In this document: positions 1 to 13,907 of the stretch, piece by piece | How positions within the stretch are numbered: the stretch's first letter is position 1 | Layout of the letters: each line of letters opens with the position of its first letter | Notes under the pieces: model-generated | The model's database searches: none | Seen by the model: the letters and a program-made list of their open reading frames with translations, nothing else | What the model was told of the DNA's origin: nothing | Position numbers and translations under genes: made by a program | Source of the DNA: the human T2T-CHM13v2.0 reference genome, Homo sapiens | DNA: 64,000 bases | Reading direction: 5' to 3' (one strand) | Assembly (NCBI RefSeq): GCF_009914755.1 | Contig: NC_060927.1

Positions 1-905
1 ACATGAAGAGAAACATGAGTTGAAGGAATTTTACTCTAGGTCCCAAATTCTACTGTAAATGCAATTGCATTTTGCTGGTGAAATACTTTCTGCCATTTTG
101 CCATTGTGGAAACATTGCTTGACAATGACTGATGTCATTTCTTGCATGCTTTTTAAACTTGGTATAAATGAAGTCTAATCGATTGAATTATATCAAGCCC
201 ATTGTTTTCATTTTTAAAAACAATACGAAGGCCAGAACAAGCCAGGGAGATACTGAGTAAATATGAAAAGAGAAATCTCTACAGAAAAAGTATTCTTGTA
301 GAAAAAAGAGAAAAGTATTTTCCTTGCAGCAGGGCCCTGACGTGAATCCATTTCAAGAGCTGATCGCAGTTGCTCTGTCTCTGACTCCTGGCTCCAGCCG
401 TTCTCACCAAGACTCTAGGCTAGTTGTGGCCTGTGGTTCTGCAACTCAGCTCTTCGAAGGGCAGGAAGGAAGGGTGGACCTGCTTGAGATTTCCTGTCTT
501 GCTGTGAGTCACTGATACAGAGCACTTCTTTTGCACTTCGCTGTCTACTATCCAGAGAGCAGGAATGCAGCAGCTGAAGTCAAACCGGAACCATCCCTCT
601 GCGTCATGATAACTGCTCTCACCACCTATTCGTGCATGGTCTGCACATCCTCAGGGGTTGCTCTTCCGCCTATGGAGCAAGACACTGAAAGAAAGGCTCT
701 ATTATCTCCTGTAAGGAGAAGATAATAAAACTTATGACAAATAATATCTTTATGTAACATTTAGGTCTGGTGGAAAAGGAAACTTATTTTATAGATGGGA
801 GACAACTCTTCAATGCTGACTAGACTAGGGAAGATTGTAAGCCTGTCTCATACGTAATTCCCTTTCTTTCCCTGCCTGCCTTTATTGTAAACAAATTGAA
901 GTTGA

Positions 906-1202
<297 letters not shown>

Positions 1203-1268
1203 TTGAAGTCGAATATGGGGTTTTGAGATTCCTATAGGTAAATGCCTTGTAAATAAAATTTTAATCTT

Positions 1269-1816
<548 letters not shown>

Positions 1817-1968
1817 TCAAGACAGCTGTGCTACCTAACTTCTAAGCCTGTTGGAAGGATAAGTAATAATAGTGATTGAGCATATGTTTTACACTAGATA
1901 TTATATAATCTATATATATTATTGGTGATCATCACAACCTCCACAAGCTTTCCATTCTACCAGCTGCC

Positions 1969-2272
<304 letters not shown>

Positions 2273-2676
2273 CCAGCTGCCTTGAAATGGGATAATATAA
2301 GTGGCAGTGCTTTGGAAATCTTAGTCATTAAATAAAAGTAAGTATATAAGTAACCTAATAGTAAATATTTCAAAAATAATATGTTATTTAGTTTGCAAGG
2401 AGCATGAGTAACAAAACTAAGTTCAAATATGATTTTTGCCCCTTTATATCTATAGGACTACTGCTCAGTTACTTCTCTGCTCAGTTTCTTCCCATGTGAA
2501 ATGGGCATAATAACAACTACCTCCTGGGATATTATTGAAAACTTCTGAACTCCATGTTTGACAGGTAGAAGATACACCACCAATATGAGCTCCCTTCTTT
2601 TTTAGATTTTTCCTAGAGATAATAGAACCTAATCTAGAAACATAAATTAGGTGTTTTATCATTTTTCATTAAAAAA

Positions 2677-2969
2677 TTTTTTTTTTGGAGACAGTCTCTC
2701 ACTCTGTCACCCAAGCTGGAGTGCAGTAGTGTGATTTCGGCTCAATGCAACCTCCACTTCCGGGGCTCAAGCAACCCTCCCGCCTCAGCCTCCTGAGTAG
2801 CTGAGACTACAGGTGCCCACCACCATGCCTGGCTAATTTTGGTATATTTAGTAGGGATGGGGTTTCACTATGTTAGCTGGGCTGGTCTCAAACTCCTGAC
2901 CTCAGGTGATCCATCAGCCTCGGCCTCCCAAAGTGTTGGGATTACAGGCATGAGCCACTGCACCCGGCC
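2677..2969 (-). mobile_element. Alu
   Basis: Reverse Alu; TSD aggtgttt(t/g)atcattttt. Confidence 0.95.
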
Positions 2970-3712
2970 AGGTGTTTGATCATTTTTCAGAGTGCCTGCC
3001 GAAATATTGAGAAGAAGGGAGGACAGGTTGAAGAATTAGAAGTAACGGAACACTACAGATGAAGCAATCTGCTGCCCAAGAGGAAAATTGTCTGATTGTT
3101 TCTATAAAGTGCATTTGAGAGTAACTGGGTTCGAGACTTGAAAATCATGCTATAGAGTTGTAATAGAAGAGAAATTATTAAAAATTCATGTTATTTAACA
3201 CTCTTGGACCATGACAATATAAAAATGATTCTAGGGCTTTGGTAGGGAAGTTGCGATGAATTCAGTTGTGATATTAATGAATTTAAATTGCTAGTCATTA
3301 AGTGGCTACCTCAGAAAACCAGAAACACGAACTCTCATAGTGTGTATTTATTAGAGAAGAGACAGTAAGTTGTAAAATAGTCACTGCCATGACCATTTAT
3401 AGACATTATAAATTAAATTTTTAAAAATATTTTTATTTTGTTCACATAATTAGATTTTTAAAAATTTTATTCATGAAAGTTGGGTCAGCTCTTAAAACAG
3501 TAATTATTTTATTAAGCAACCGGCTCTTCTCAGTTGTTCCCTAACTTTACACCTCAGAATAGAAAAAATAGTAGTAACTTTTTAATATCAGTACAGGTTA
3601 CCTTCAATATGTTTTGCAACATTCTCTACTTTTCATGAGAAATTTTATGAATTTGGAGTTTGTTAGCACACTTAAAAGACCACTTGGGCTGAAAAAAAAA
3701 GCCTTGAGAACT

Positions 3713-4034
<322 letters not shown>

Positions 4035-4418
4035 TCAGCAAACACTTTGACAGCATCCTGGTTCCTGAAGCATTGCAGTTTTCTGTTCAGGCAAACTTTT
4101 TATAGACTTGAGCACCACATTGTTGTGTTAGGCCTAGAGACTTAGTAAATCATTAGTATTCTTTTCCACAGTTTTGGGAACATAAAATCCTGGGTTTCTA
4201 ATTACGTTTGCACAACTAAAAATAAAGTATACTTTGCAAAACAAAAAATAACAAGAGAAAACAAACCCCAAACCACACAGAGCAGGATAAACATTCTTAA
4301 ATAATAATAAACTTTTTACTACAAGTTCTTCATTTTCTTTCAGAGCATCTCCTAGTAACATGTTTATTCTATCTGTACCTACATCCTCTACTGTTGGGAT
4401 GGCTCTAGTTATGCGTGG

Positions 4419-4716
4419 TGTCTTAGTCCATTTCATGTTTCTATAAAGAATACCTGAGACTGGGTAATTTATAAAGAAAAGAGGTTTATTTAACTCACAA
4501 TTCTGCAGGCTGTGAAGTTCAAAGATTGAGTGACTGCATCAGGTGGCTCCTGGTGAGGGCCTCCTACTGTGTCAAAATGAGGTGGAAGTGGAATCAAGTG
4601 CATGAAATAACTGTCAAAACATGAGAGGTAACCTGTCTTTATAACAACTGGCTCTATTGGGAATTACCCCACTCCAACAAGAACTAACCTGGTTTCGTGA
4701 GAAAAATATTAATCCA
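4419..4716 (-). mobile_element. MST-type MaLR LTR, left part (split by HERV-H)
   Basis: tgtcttagtcc...ctataaagaatacctgagactgggtaatttataaagaaaagagg is typical of MST/MLT1A. Confidence 0.8.
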
Positions 4717-5131
4717 GTTCATGCACGTCCGTGTGAAGAGACCACCAAACAGGCTTTGTGTGAGCAATAAAGCTTTTAATCACCTGGGTGCAGGCGGGCT
4801 GAGTCCGAAAAGAGAGTCAGCGAAGGGAGATATGGGTGGGGCCGTTTTATAAGATTTGGGTAGGTGAAGGAAAATTATAGTCAAAAGGGAGTTGTTCTCT
4901 GGCGGGCAGGTGTGGGGGTCACAAGGTGCTCAGTAGGGGAGCTTTTGAGCCAGGATGAGCCAGGAGAAGGAATTTCACAAGATAATGTCATCAGTTAAGG
5001 CACGAACAGGCCATTTTCACTTCTTTTGTGGTGGAATGTCATCAGTTAAGGCAGGAACTGGCCATCTGGATGTGTACTACGTGCAGGTCACAGGGGATAT
5101 GATGGCTTAGCTTGGGCTCAGAGGCCTGACA
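4717..5131 (-). mobile_element. HERV-H 3' LTR (LTR7)
   Basis: Minus strand starts TGTCAGGCCTCTGAGCCCAAGC; preceded by PPT AAGAAGACAGGAA (5132-5144); ATTAAA poly(A) signal at 4775-4780. Confidence 0.95.
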
Positions 5132-5849
5132 TTCCTGTCTTCTTATATTATACGAAAAATAAAATGAAATAGTGGTAAAATGTTGGGATGGCGAAAATTT
5201 TTGGGGATGGTATGGAGAGATAATGGGCGATGTTTCTCAGGGCTGCTTCAAGCGGGATTAGGGGTGGCGTGGGAACCTAGAGTGGGAGAGATTAAGCTGA
5301 AGGAAGATTTTGTGGTAAGGGGTGATATTGGGGGGTTGTTAGAAGAAACATTTGTCATTTAGAATTATTGGTGATGGCCTGGATACAGTTTTGTATGAAT
5401 TGAAAAACTAAATGGGATAAGAGAAGGAGAAAAACAGGTATTAAAGATCTAAGAATTGGGAGGACCCAGGACATCTAATTAGACTGCCTAAGGAGATTCA
5501 GCATAGTCCTGCCAGCGAAGATTATTTGTTTACTTTAAGAGTAAAGAGTGGCAGTTTGGGGATAGCAACAGGAGATATCAGCTGTGATGGCTTGGAGAAA
5601 CAGTGTAAGCCGGCAGTGTAAACAAGAGCAGGGTATGTATGAGTAGTTGAGAACGGTGAATAGGAGTATGACTAGACAGAAGATAGTAGGGATAACAAGT
5701 TTTTTGGGGCACAGTCCAAGTTGGTCTGGTGTCTGGAATGAGACTGGGGCCTAATAAAAAGGAGCGTCCTTACAGGAGCTCAAATGGGCTATACCCTGTA
5801 GCATTCCGAGGGCAGGTCTGACTTCTGAGAAGGGAAAGTGGTAAAAGTA

Positions 5850-8070
5850 TTGCCCAGTCCTTTTTAAGTTGGTGGCTGAGCTTGGTGAGGTGTGTTTTTA
5901 AAAGACCATTAGTCTGTTCTACCTTTCCTGAAGACTGAGGACTGTAAGGGATATAAAGGTTTTACTGAATACTAAGAGTCTGAAAAAAATGCTTGGCTGA
6001 TGTGACTAATAAAGGCCAGTCTGGTATCAGACTGTATAGAAGTGGGAAGCCTAAACCGAGGAATTATGTCTGACAGAAGGGAAGCAATGACTGCGGTGGC
6101 CTTCTCAGACCCTGTAGGAAAGGCCTGTACCCATCCAGTGAAAGTGTCTACCTAGACTAAGAGGTATTTTAGTTTTCTGACTCGGGGCATGTGAGTAAAC
6201 TCAATTTGCCAGTCCTGGGCAGGGGCAAATCCCTGAGCTTGATGTGTAGGAAAGGGAGGAGGCCTGAACAATCCCTGAGGGGTAGTAGAATAGCAGATGG
6301 AAAACTGAGAAGTGATTTCCTTGAGGACAGATTTCCACAATGGAAAGGAAATGAGAGGTTCTAGGAGATGGGCTAGTGGCTTGTAACCTACATGGAAGAG
6401 GTTATGAAATGACGACAGAATTGAATGGGCCTGTGAGGCTGGAAGGAGATTTTCCTTGGTCTAAGAACTATTTGCCTTGTGTGGGAAGAGATTGATAGGT
6501 GGAAGTTTCAGCCGGGGAATAGGTGGGAGTGACTGATGTGAAGGAGAAAAACTGGCCATGAGGGACAGAAGTTGGAAAGCTAGCTGCTTGTCTAGCCACC
6601 TTATCAGCATAAGCGTTGCCTAGAGCAATGGGATCTGATGCCTTTTGATGGCCTTTGCAGTGAATTGACTCCAGCTTCTTTTGGAAGTAAAGTGGCCTTG
6701 AGCAGTGTTTTTATTAAAGAGGCATTAATGATGGAGGACCTTTGCGTAGTGAGGAAACCTCTTTCAGCCCATATAACAGCATGGTGGTGCAGAATATGAA
6801 AGGCATATTTAGAATCAGTATAAATATTGATGCGTAGTCCTTTTGCAGGAGTGAGGGCTTAAGTTAAGGCAACTAATTTGGCTTGCTGAGAGGTAGTGGA
6901 GGGGGACAGAGCAGTAGCCTCAGTGATAGATGTGGAAGATACTATATATAGCATAGCCTGCCTTTGCTGGTGAGTAGCGATTAGGCCTGGTGGAACTGCC
7001 ATCAATAAACCAAATGTGATCAGGGTGAGGAACAGGAAATAAGGAAATATGGGGAAATGCGGTGAATGTCAGGTGGATCAGAGAGATACAGTCATGAGGG
7101 TCAGGTGTGGTATCCAGAATAATATGGGAGGCCGGATTGAAGTCCGGGCCAGGAACAATGGTAATTGTGGGAGACTCAACAAAGAGTGAGTATAGCTGAA
7201 GGAGCTGGGAAGCAGAAAGTATATGCATCAGGTGTGAGGAAGAAAATAGATTTTGGAAGTTAAGAGAACTGTAGAGAGTGAGTTGACCATAGTTTGTGAT
7301 TTTTAGGGCCTCTAAAAGTATTAAAGCAATGGCAGTCACTGCACGCAGACATGAGGGCTAGGCTAAAACAGTAAGGTCAAGTTGTTTGGACAGAAAGGCT
7401 ACAGGGTGCGGTCCCGGCTCTTGTGTAAGAATTCTGATCGCACTAACCATGCCTAGGAAGGAAAGGAGTTGTTGTTTTGTAGAAGGGATTGAGGTTTGGG
7501 AGATTAGTCAAACACGAACAGCAGGGAGAGCACGTGTGTTTTTATGAGAATTATGCCGAGATAGGTAACAGATGAGGATGAAATTTGGGCTTGACTGAAG
7601 TAATGGGGGCTATCTGTGAAGGCTTGTGGCAGTACAGCCCAGGTAATTTGCTGAGCCTGATGGGTGTCAGGGTCAGTCCAAGTGAAAGCGAAGAGAGGCT
7701 GGGATGAAGGGTGCAAAGGAATAGTAAAGAAAGCATGTTTGAGATCCAGAACAGAATAATGGGTTGTGGAGGGAGGTATTGAGGATAGGAGAGTATATGG
7801 GTTTGGCACCATGGGGTGGATAGGCAAAACAATTTGGTTGATAAGGTACAGATCCTGAACTAACTTGTAAGGCTTGTCTGGTTTTAGGACAGGTAAAATG
7901 GGGGAATTGTAAGGAGAGTTTATAGGCTTTAAAAGGCCATGCTGTAGCAGGCGAGTGATAACAGGCTTTAATCTTTTTAAAGCGTGCTGCAGGATTGGAT
8001 ATTGGCGTTGAGTGGGGTAAGGGTGATTAGGTTTTAATGAGATGGTAAGGGGTGCATGATCGGTCGCCAA
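5850..8070 (-). pseudogene. pol: HERV-H pol remnant (RT, RNase H, integrase fragments)
   Basis: RT motifs SPYNSPILPV, LVQDL, YSVLDLKHAFF, LPQAFTDSPHYF, with the YxDD region deleted; RNase H WFIDGSS; integrase APAQDWQIEFTHMP; multiple stops; lower boundary approximate. Confidence 0.9.
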
Positions 8071-8088
8071 GGAGGGAGTAGAGGTATC

Positions 8089-8448
8089 TTATACTTGTGG
8101 GTTAAGGTGGGGGGATACAAGAGGAGGACGCAAAGGAGGCTTTGGATTGGGAAGAAGGGCGGCAATGAGATGTGGCTGTAGTCCAGGAATAGTCAGGGAA
8201 GCAGATAATTTAGTTAAAGTGTCTCGGCCTAATAAGGGAACTGGGCAGGTGGGGATAACTAAAAAGGAGTGCTTAAAAGAGTATTGTCTAAGTTGGCACC
8301 AGAGTTGGGGAGTTTTAAGAGGTTTAGAAGCCTGGCCGTCAATACGCACATCAGTTATGGAGGCAAGGGAAACAGGCCCTTGAAAAGAAGGTAATGTGGA
8401 GTGGGCAGCCTCCGTATTGATTAAGAAGGGGACGGACTTACCCTCCAC
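8089..8448 (-). pseudogene. pro: HERV-H protease remnant
   Basis: FLINTEAAHS (catalytic DTGA degenerate) and CPVPLLGRD. Confidence 0.88.
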
Positions 8449-8619
8449 TGTGAGAGTTACTTGAAGCTCTGCGTCCGTGATGGTCTAGGGGGCTTCCGAG
8501 GAAATCAGGCAGTGTCAGTCTTCAGCTGCTAAGCCGAGAAGATCTGGGAAGGAGTCAGTCAGAGAACCTTGGGCCAGAGTTACAGGGGCTCTGGGAGTGG
8601 CTGCCAGGTGAGTTGAACA

Positions 8620-9590
8620 GTCTGATTTTCAGTGGGGTCCCACACACATGGGACGTGGTTTAGGAGGAATCCTGGGCTGCTGGCATTCCTTGGCCTGGTG
8701 GCCAGATTTCTGGCACTTGTAGCAAGCTCCTGGGGGAGGCGGGCCTGGAGGAACGCCTGGCCACTGCGGTTTAGGCGTTTGGAAGTTCTTGTGTGCTGGA
8801 GATGTGGCTGGGGTTTGTCTCACAGTGGAAGCAAGGAATTGCAACTCAGAAATACGTTACTACTTGTCTGCCTCTACTCTATTATTGTACATCTTGAAGG
8901 TGAGGTTAAGTCCTGTTGTGGGGTTTGAGGGCCGGAATTTAATTTTTGGAGTTTTATTTAATGTCAGGAGCGGATTGGGTAATAAAATGTATATTGAGAA
9001 TAAGACGGCCTTTTGACCTTTTAGGGTCTAGGGCTGTAAAGCATCTCAGAGTTGCTGCCAAACGAGCCATGAACTGGGCTGTGTTTTTACATTTGATGAA
9101 AAAGAGCCTAAACGCTATCTGATTTGGGAGAGGTCAGATAAAGAAAAAGGAGCATTAACCTTGACTATCCTTTAGCTCTAGCCACCTTTTTAAGAGGAAA
9201 TTGCTGGGCAGGTGGGGGAGGGCTAGTTACGGAACGAAACTGTAAACCGGACTGGGTGTGAGGAGGGGAGGTGACAAAAGGATTATAGGGTGGAGGAGAA
9301 GAGGCTGAGGAAGAATTGGGACCTAGCTCGGCCTGGCGAGGAGCAGCCTGGGGAGGAGGGGAAAGGTCAGATGGGTCTGTAGAAAAGGAAGACTGGAAAG
9401 ACTCAGCGACGCTTGGGGTTGGGACTGAGGGGACAGGCAGGAGGGAAAGAAGGAGGATTTGGGAGGAATCGGGAACAGAGACTAGGGAGGGAATGAAGTG
9501 TGAAAAACGCCTGGACGTAAGGCACCTCAGACCATTTGCCCATTTTTCAACAAAAATTATTTAGGTCTTGTAGGATGGAGAAATCGAAAT
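8620..9590 (-). pseudogene. gag: HERV-H gag remnant
   Basis: CCHC knuckle CYKCQKSGHQAKEC preceded by PPGPPPPG; fragmented frames; boundaries approximate. Confidence 0.8.
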
Positions 9591-9850
9591 GCCGTTTTCT
9601 GGCCATTTAGAGCCATTGTCAAGTTTGTATTGGGGCCAAGCGGTGTTGCAGAAGAAGATAAGGCATTTAGGTTTTAGGTCAGGTGTGAGTTGAAGAGGTT
9701 CTAAGTTCTTGAGAACACAGAATAAGGGAGAAGAAGGAGGAATGGAGGGTGGAAGGTTGCCTATAGTGAAGGAGGCAAGCCCAGAGAAAAGAGAGAGTAG
9801 AGATATGGAGGGAAGGGGTTTGGGGGTTCTTACCCTCCAGAAAAGTGGGA

Positions 9851-10137
9851 AAGGGGTCGGGGCACAGAAATAAGGGGTTGGGGCACAGAGATAAGAGGTT
9901 GGGGCATGGAAATAAGGGATCAGGGCACAGAGATAAGAGGTCAGGGCACAGAAATAAGGGGTTGGGGCACAGAGATAAGAGGTTGGGGCATGGAAATAAG
10001 GGATCAGGGCACAGAGATAAGAGGTTGGGGCATGGAAATAAGGGATCAGGGCACAGAGATAAGAGGTTGGGACATGGAAATAAGGGATCGGGGTGCAGAG
10101 ATAAGGGGTCAGGGTGCAGAAATAAGGGATCGGGGGG
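9851..10137. repeat. 21-bp tandem repeat, 13 full units plus a partial, in the HERV-H leader
   Basis: Units such as aaggggttggggcacagagat / aagaggttggggcatggaaat / aagggatcagggcacagagat. Confidence 0.95.
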
Positions 10138-10525
10138 GTTCTTGCCCCCAAGAAAAGCAGAGAAGGGGTAGAGACAGGGAGAGAAGGGGTCAGGGTTCTT
10201 TCCCCTCCCCCAGAAAAGCGGGACTTGCCGCTAAGGGTGAAGGACCAAGGCAGGCATCCCTGCGTGGTTAGACATCTCTTAAACATGGGTTAATAATCAG
10301 GCATCCCTGCAATGATTAAACACCAAGGGAAGGCTGCCTTCCCGAGTCCGTGACCAGCGCCGGAGTTTTGGGTCCACGGATAAAACGTGTGTCCTTTGCC
10401 TCTACCAGAAAATGAAAGAAATTGAAATTAAGAGAAGGGAGAGATTGAAGGGTGGCGCCAAGATTGAAAGGAGAAAGTGGTTGAGGGATAGTGAGAGAGG
10501 TTGGAGAACAGAGTAAGAAGAGGAC

Positions 10526-10534
10526 GCTTACCCG
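10526..10534 (-). other. HERV-H leader major splice donor
   Basis: Minus strand CGG|GTAAGC about 145 nt downstream of the 5' LTR. Confidence 0.75.
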
Positions 10535-10657
10535 ATTTAAAATTGGTGAGATGTTCCTTGGGCTGGTGGGTCTGAGGACCTGAGGTCGTAGGTGGATCTT
10601 TTTCACGGAGCAAAGAGCAGGAGGACAGGGGATTGATCTCCCAAGGGAGGTCCCCCG

Positions 10658-10675
10658 ATCTGAGTCACGGCACCA
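10658..10675 (-). other. Primer binding site, tRNA-His
   Basis: TGGTGCCGTGACTCAGAT, 17/18 match to the complement of the tRNA-His 3' end. Confidence 0.93.
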
Positions 10676-10677
10676 AA

Positions 10678-11092
10678 TTTCATGCGCGTCCGTGTGAAGA
10701 GACCACCAAACAGGCTTTGTGTGAGCAATAAAGCTTTTTATCACCTGGGTGCAGGCGGGCTGAGTCCGAAAAGAGAGTCAGCGAAGGGAGACATGGGTGG
10801 GGCCATTTTATAAGATTTGGGTAGGTAAAGGAAAGTTATAGTCAAAGGGGGGTTGTTCTCTGGCGGGCAGGTGTGGGGGTCACAAGGTGCTCAGTAGGGG
10901 AGCTTTTGAGCCAGGATGAGCCAGGAGAAGGAATTTCACAAGATAATGTCATCAGTTAAGGCACGAACAGGCCATTTTCACTTCTTCTGTGGTGGAATGT
11001 CATCAGTTAAGGCAGGAACTGGCCATCTGGATGTGTACTACGTGCAGGTCACAGGGGATATGATGGCTTAGCTTGGGCTCAGAGGCCTGACA
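10678..11092 (-). promoter_or_regulatory. HERV-H 5' LTR (LTR7), putative promoter
   Basis: Direct repeat of 4717-5131; TATA-like CTTATAAAA near 10806-10814; adjacent PBS. Confidence 0.92.
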
Positions 11093-11207
11093 ATCCATCT
11101 TAATGACCTAATCACTTCTTAAAGGCACTACCTCTCAACAAAGCCACACTGGGGAACAGGCTTCAACATGAGTTTTGGTGGGAACAAACTATTTTTAAAC
11201 CATAATA
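11093..11207 (-). mobile_element. MST-type MaLR LTR, right part
   Basis: taatgacctaatcacttcttaaagg...caacatgagttttgg...aaaccataata; TSD cgtgg / ggtgg around 4419-11207. Confidence 0.8.
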
Positions 11208-11870
11208 GGTGGTAAATAGAAAATTAACAAATTGAGTAAATGTCTCCCTGATAATTATCTTGAACATTATGGTTTCAGGGACTGAGAGAGAGTTGTACTT
11301 CTCCCATGATAGCTAAATTTTATTAAGTAAATATTTGATTAAGAGTTTAAAAGGCATTATCTTGAAATGTGAGTCCATGGCTTTAGAAAAGATAGAGATA
11401 AAAGGAAATGAGTGAAATTTAGTGCATCTCTCTTTTAAGAGCAAGATTTTGTTTACAAGATCTTTGCATGAGCCAAGTTTAACTAATGGCAACAGTGTTT
11501 GTTGTAGCTTTTATTATTCCTGGATGTCCTGAGGATATAACTTAAAAGTATTTTAATGCTACTAAAACTGCTAAGCTTAACATGAGTTTTTCAATCATGA
11601 AAGAATTTTCTACTTGTTTGGTTCCTTATGATAGAATTATTCTTGGACTAAAATGTAAACTGCGCATTAAAAAAATATTTAGTTGTTTGATATTTCTGAC
11701 CCACACAATGTAGGATCCACATCTAAAGAACAGAAATTTGGTGATGAGTCATATGGAAAATAAATCTGAGTGTTTTTCAGGGCAAAGGAATTTAGCAGTG
11801 ATGTTGTAAAAATAGGCGAACTTAACTGTGCCTCGTCTGCAAGAAATGTTTTCTTCTTTCTTCCACTTAA

Positions 11871-12404
<534 letters not shown>

Positions 12405-12579
12405 TAGAGAATTGTAGTTTCCACTTACATCCTAAACTCATAATGTCCCTTCTCTGATTAGCTACTTTAACCCACAAGTCAGTCTCCCTAGTCAGAGGGA
12501 ATCCCTATTCCACTCACAAATGCTCCAGCTCATGCTTGGCTTTCTGACTGCACAGGTGCAATCTTGATGCAAATAGGCC

Positions 12580-12765
12580 TCCTTAATACTTTAATGTGCA
12601 TTAGAACTGCCTGGAGGACTTGTTAAAACACAGCTTGCTGAGGCCTCACTCTTGGAGCTCCTGATTCATTAGGTCTGGAGCAGCACCTGAAAAGTAGCAT
12701 TGCTAGCAAATTCTTAGATAACATTCATGCTGCCATTCTGGAAACTCCATTTGGGAACCAGTAGT
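12580..12765. mobile_element. MER5A-like hAT-Charlie fragment
   Basis: ttagaactgcctggaggacttgttaaaacacag...ctgattcattaggtctgg. Confidence 0.6.
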
Positions 12766-13286
12766 GTGATGCCAAGAGACCAGAAGTAGAGAGTTAAGAA
12801 ATCTTGTCTTTATTTGCTTTCATAACTTCCTGCCACTGAAAGTACCTGTCCCTGGTTTACTCATTTGTAAAACAAAGGAATTGAGCTGGTAAATCCTTGC
12901 TCAGTACAGGCATTTTGCACTTTACAGGTCTTGTGTTTTGCCCAAAATGAAGGTTTGTGGCAACCCTGTGTATACTAAGTCTATTGGCACCATTTTTCGA
13001 ACAGCATGATTGCATACTCTGTATCTCTATGTCACATTTTGGTAATTCTTGGAATATTTCAAAATTTTCGTGATTATCATATCTGTTATGTTGATCTGTG
13101 ATTGGTAATCTTTGATACTAATAATAATTATTTTGGGGTGCCATGAGCCTCACTCATATAAGACAGCAGACTTAATTGATAAATATTATGTGTGTTCTGA
13201 CTGCTCTACTCACTGGGTGTTCCTTCATCTTTCTTTTCCTCAGGCCCCTCTATTCTCTGAAACATAACAATATTGAAATTAAGCCA

Positions 13287-13594
13287 GCCGGGCACGGTGG
13301 CTCGCGCCTGTAATCCCAGCACTTTAGGAGGCCAAGGTGGGTGGATCACCTGAGGTTGGGAGTTCAAGACCAGCCTGACCAACATGGAGAAACCCCGTCT
13401 CTACTAAAAATACAAAATTAGCCAGGTGTGGTGGTGCATGCCTGTAATCCCAGCTACTCAGGAGGCTGAGGCAGGAGAATTACTTGAACCTGGGAGGTGG
13501 AGTTTGCAATGAGCCGAGATCGTGCCATTGCACTACAGCCTGGGCAACAAGAGTGAAACTCCGTCTCCAGGAGAAAAAAAAAAAAAAAAAAAAA
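13287..13594 (+). mobile_element. Alu (AluSp-like)
   Basis: cctgaccaacatggagaaac; TSD aaattaagcca. Confidence 0.93.
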
Positions 13595-13606
13595 ATTAAG
13601 CCAGTT

Positions 13607-13907
<301 letters not shown>

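Larger units (their letters stand above)
4717..11092 (-). mobile_element. HERV-H provirus with two LTR7s; internally deleted, non-autonomous type
   Basis: Two 415-bp direct repeats, 5-bp TSD ATCCA (4712-4716 / 11093-11097), tRNA-His PBS, polypurine tract, gag/pro/pol remnants. Confidence 0.97.

Noticed and set aside
9851-10137. CRISPR-like array
   Set aside because: Contiguous tandem units with no unique spacers, in a primate ERV context
9845-10271. Repetitive plus-strand ORFs (GHRDKR / GTEIRG repeats)
   Set aside because: By-product of a 21-bp stop-free tandem repeat, antisense to the provirus
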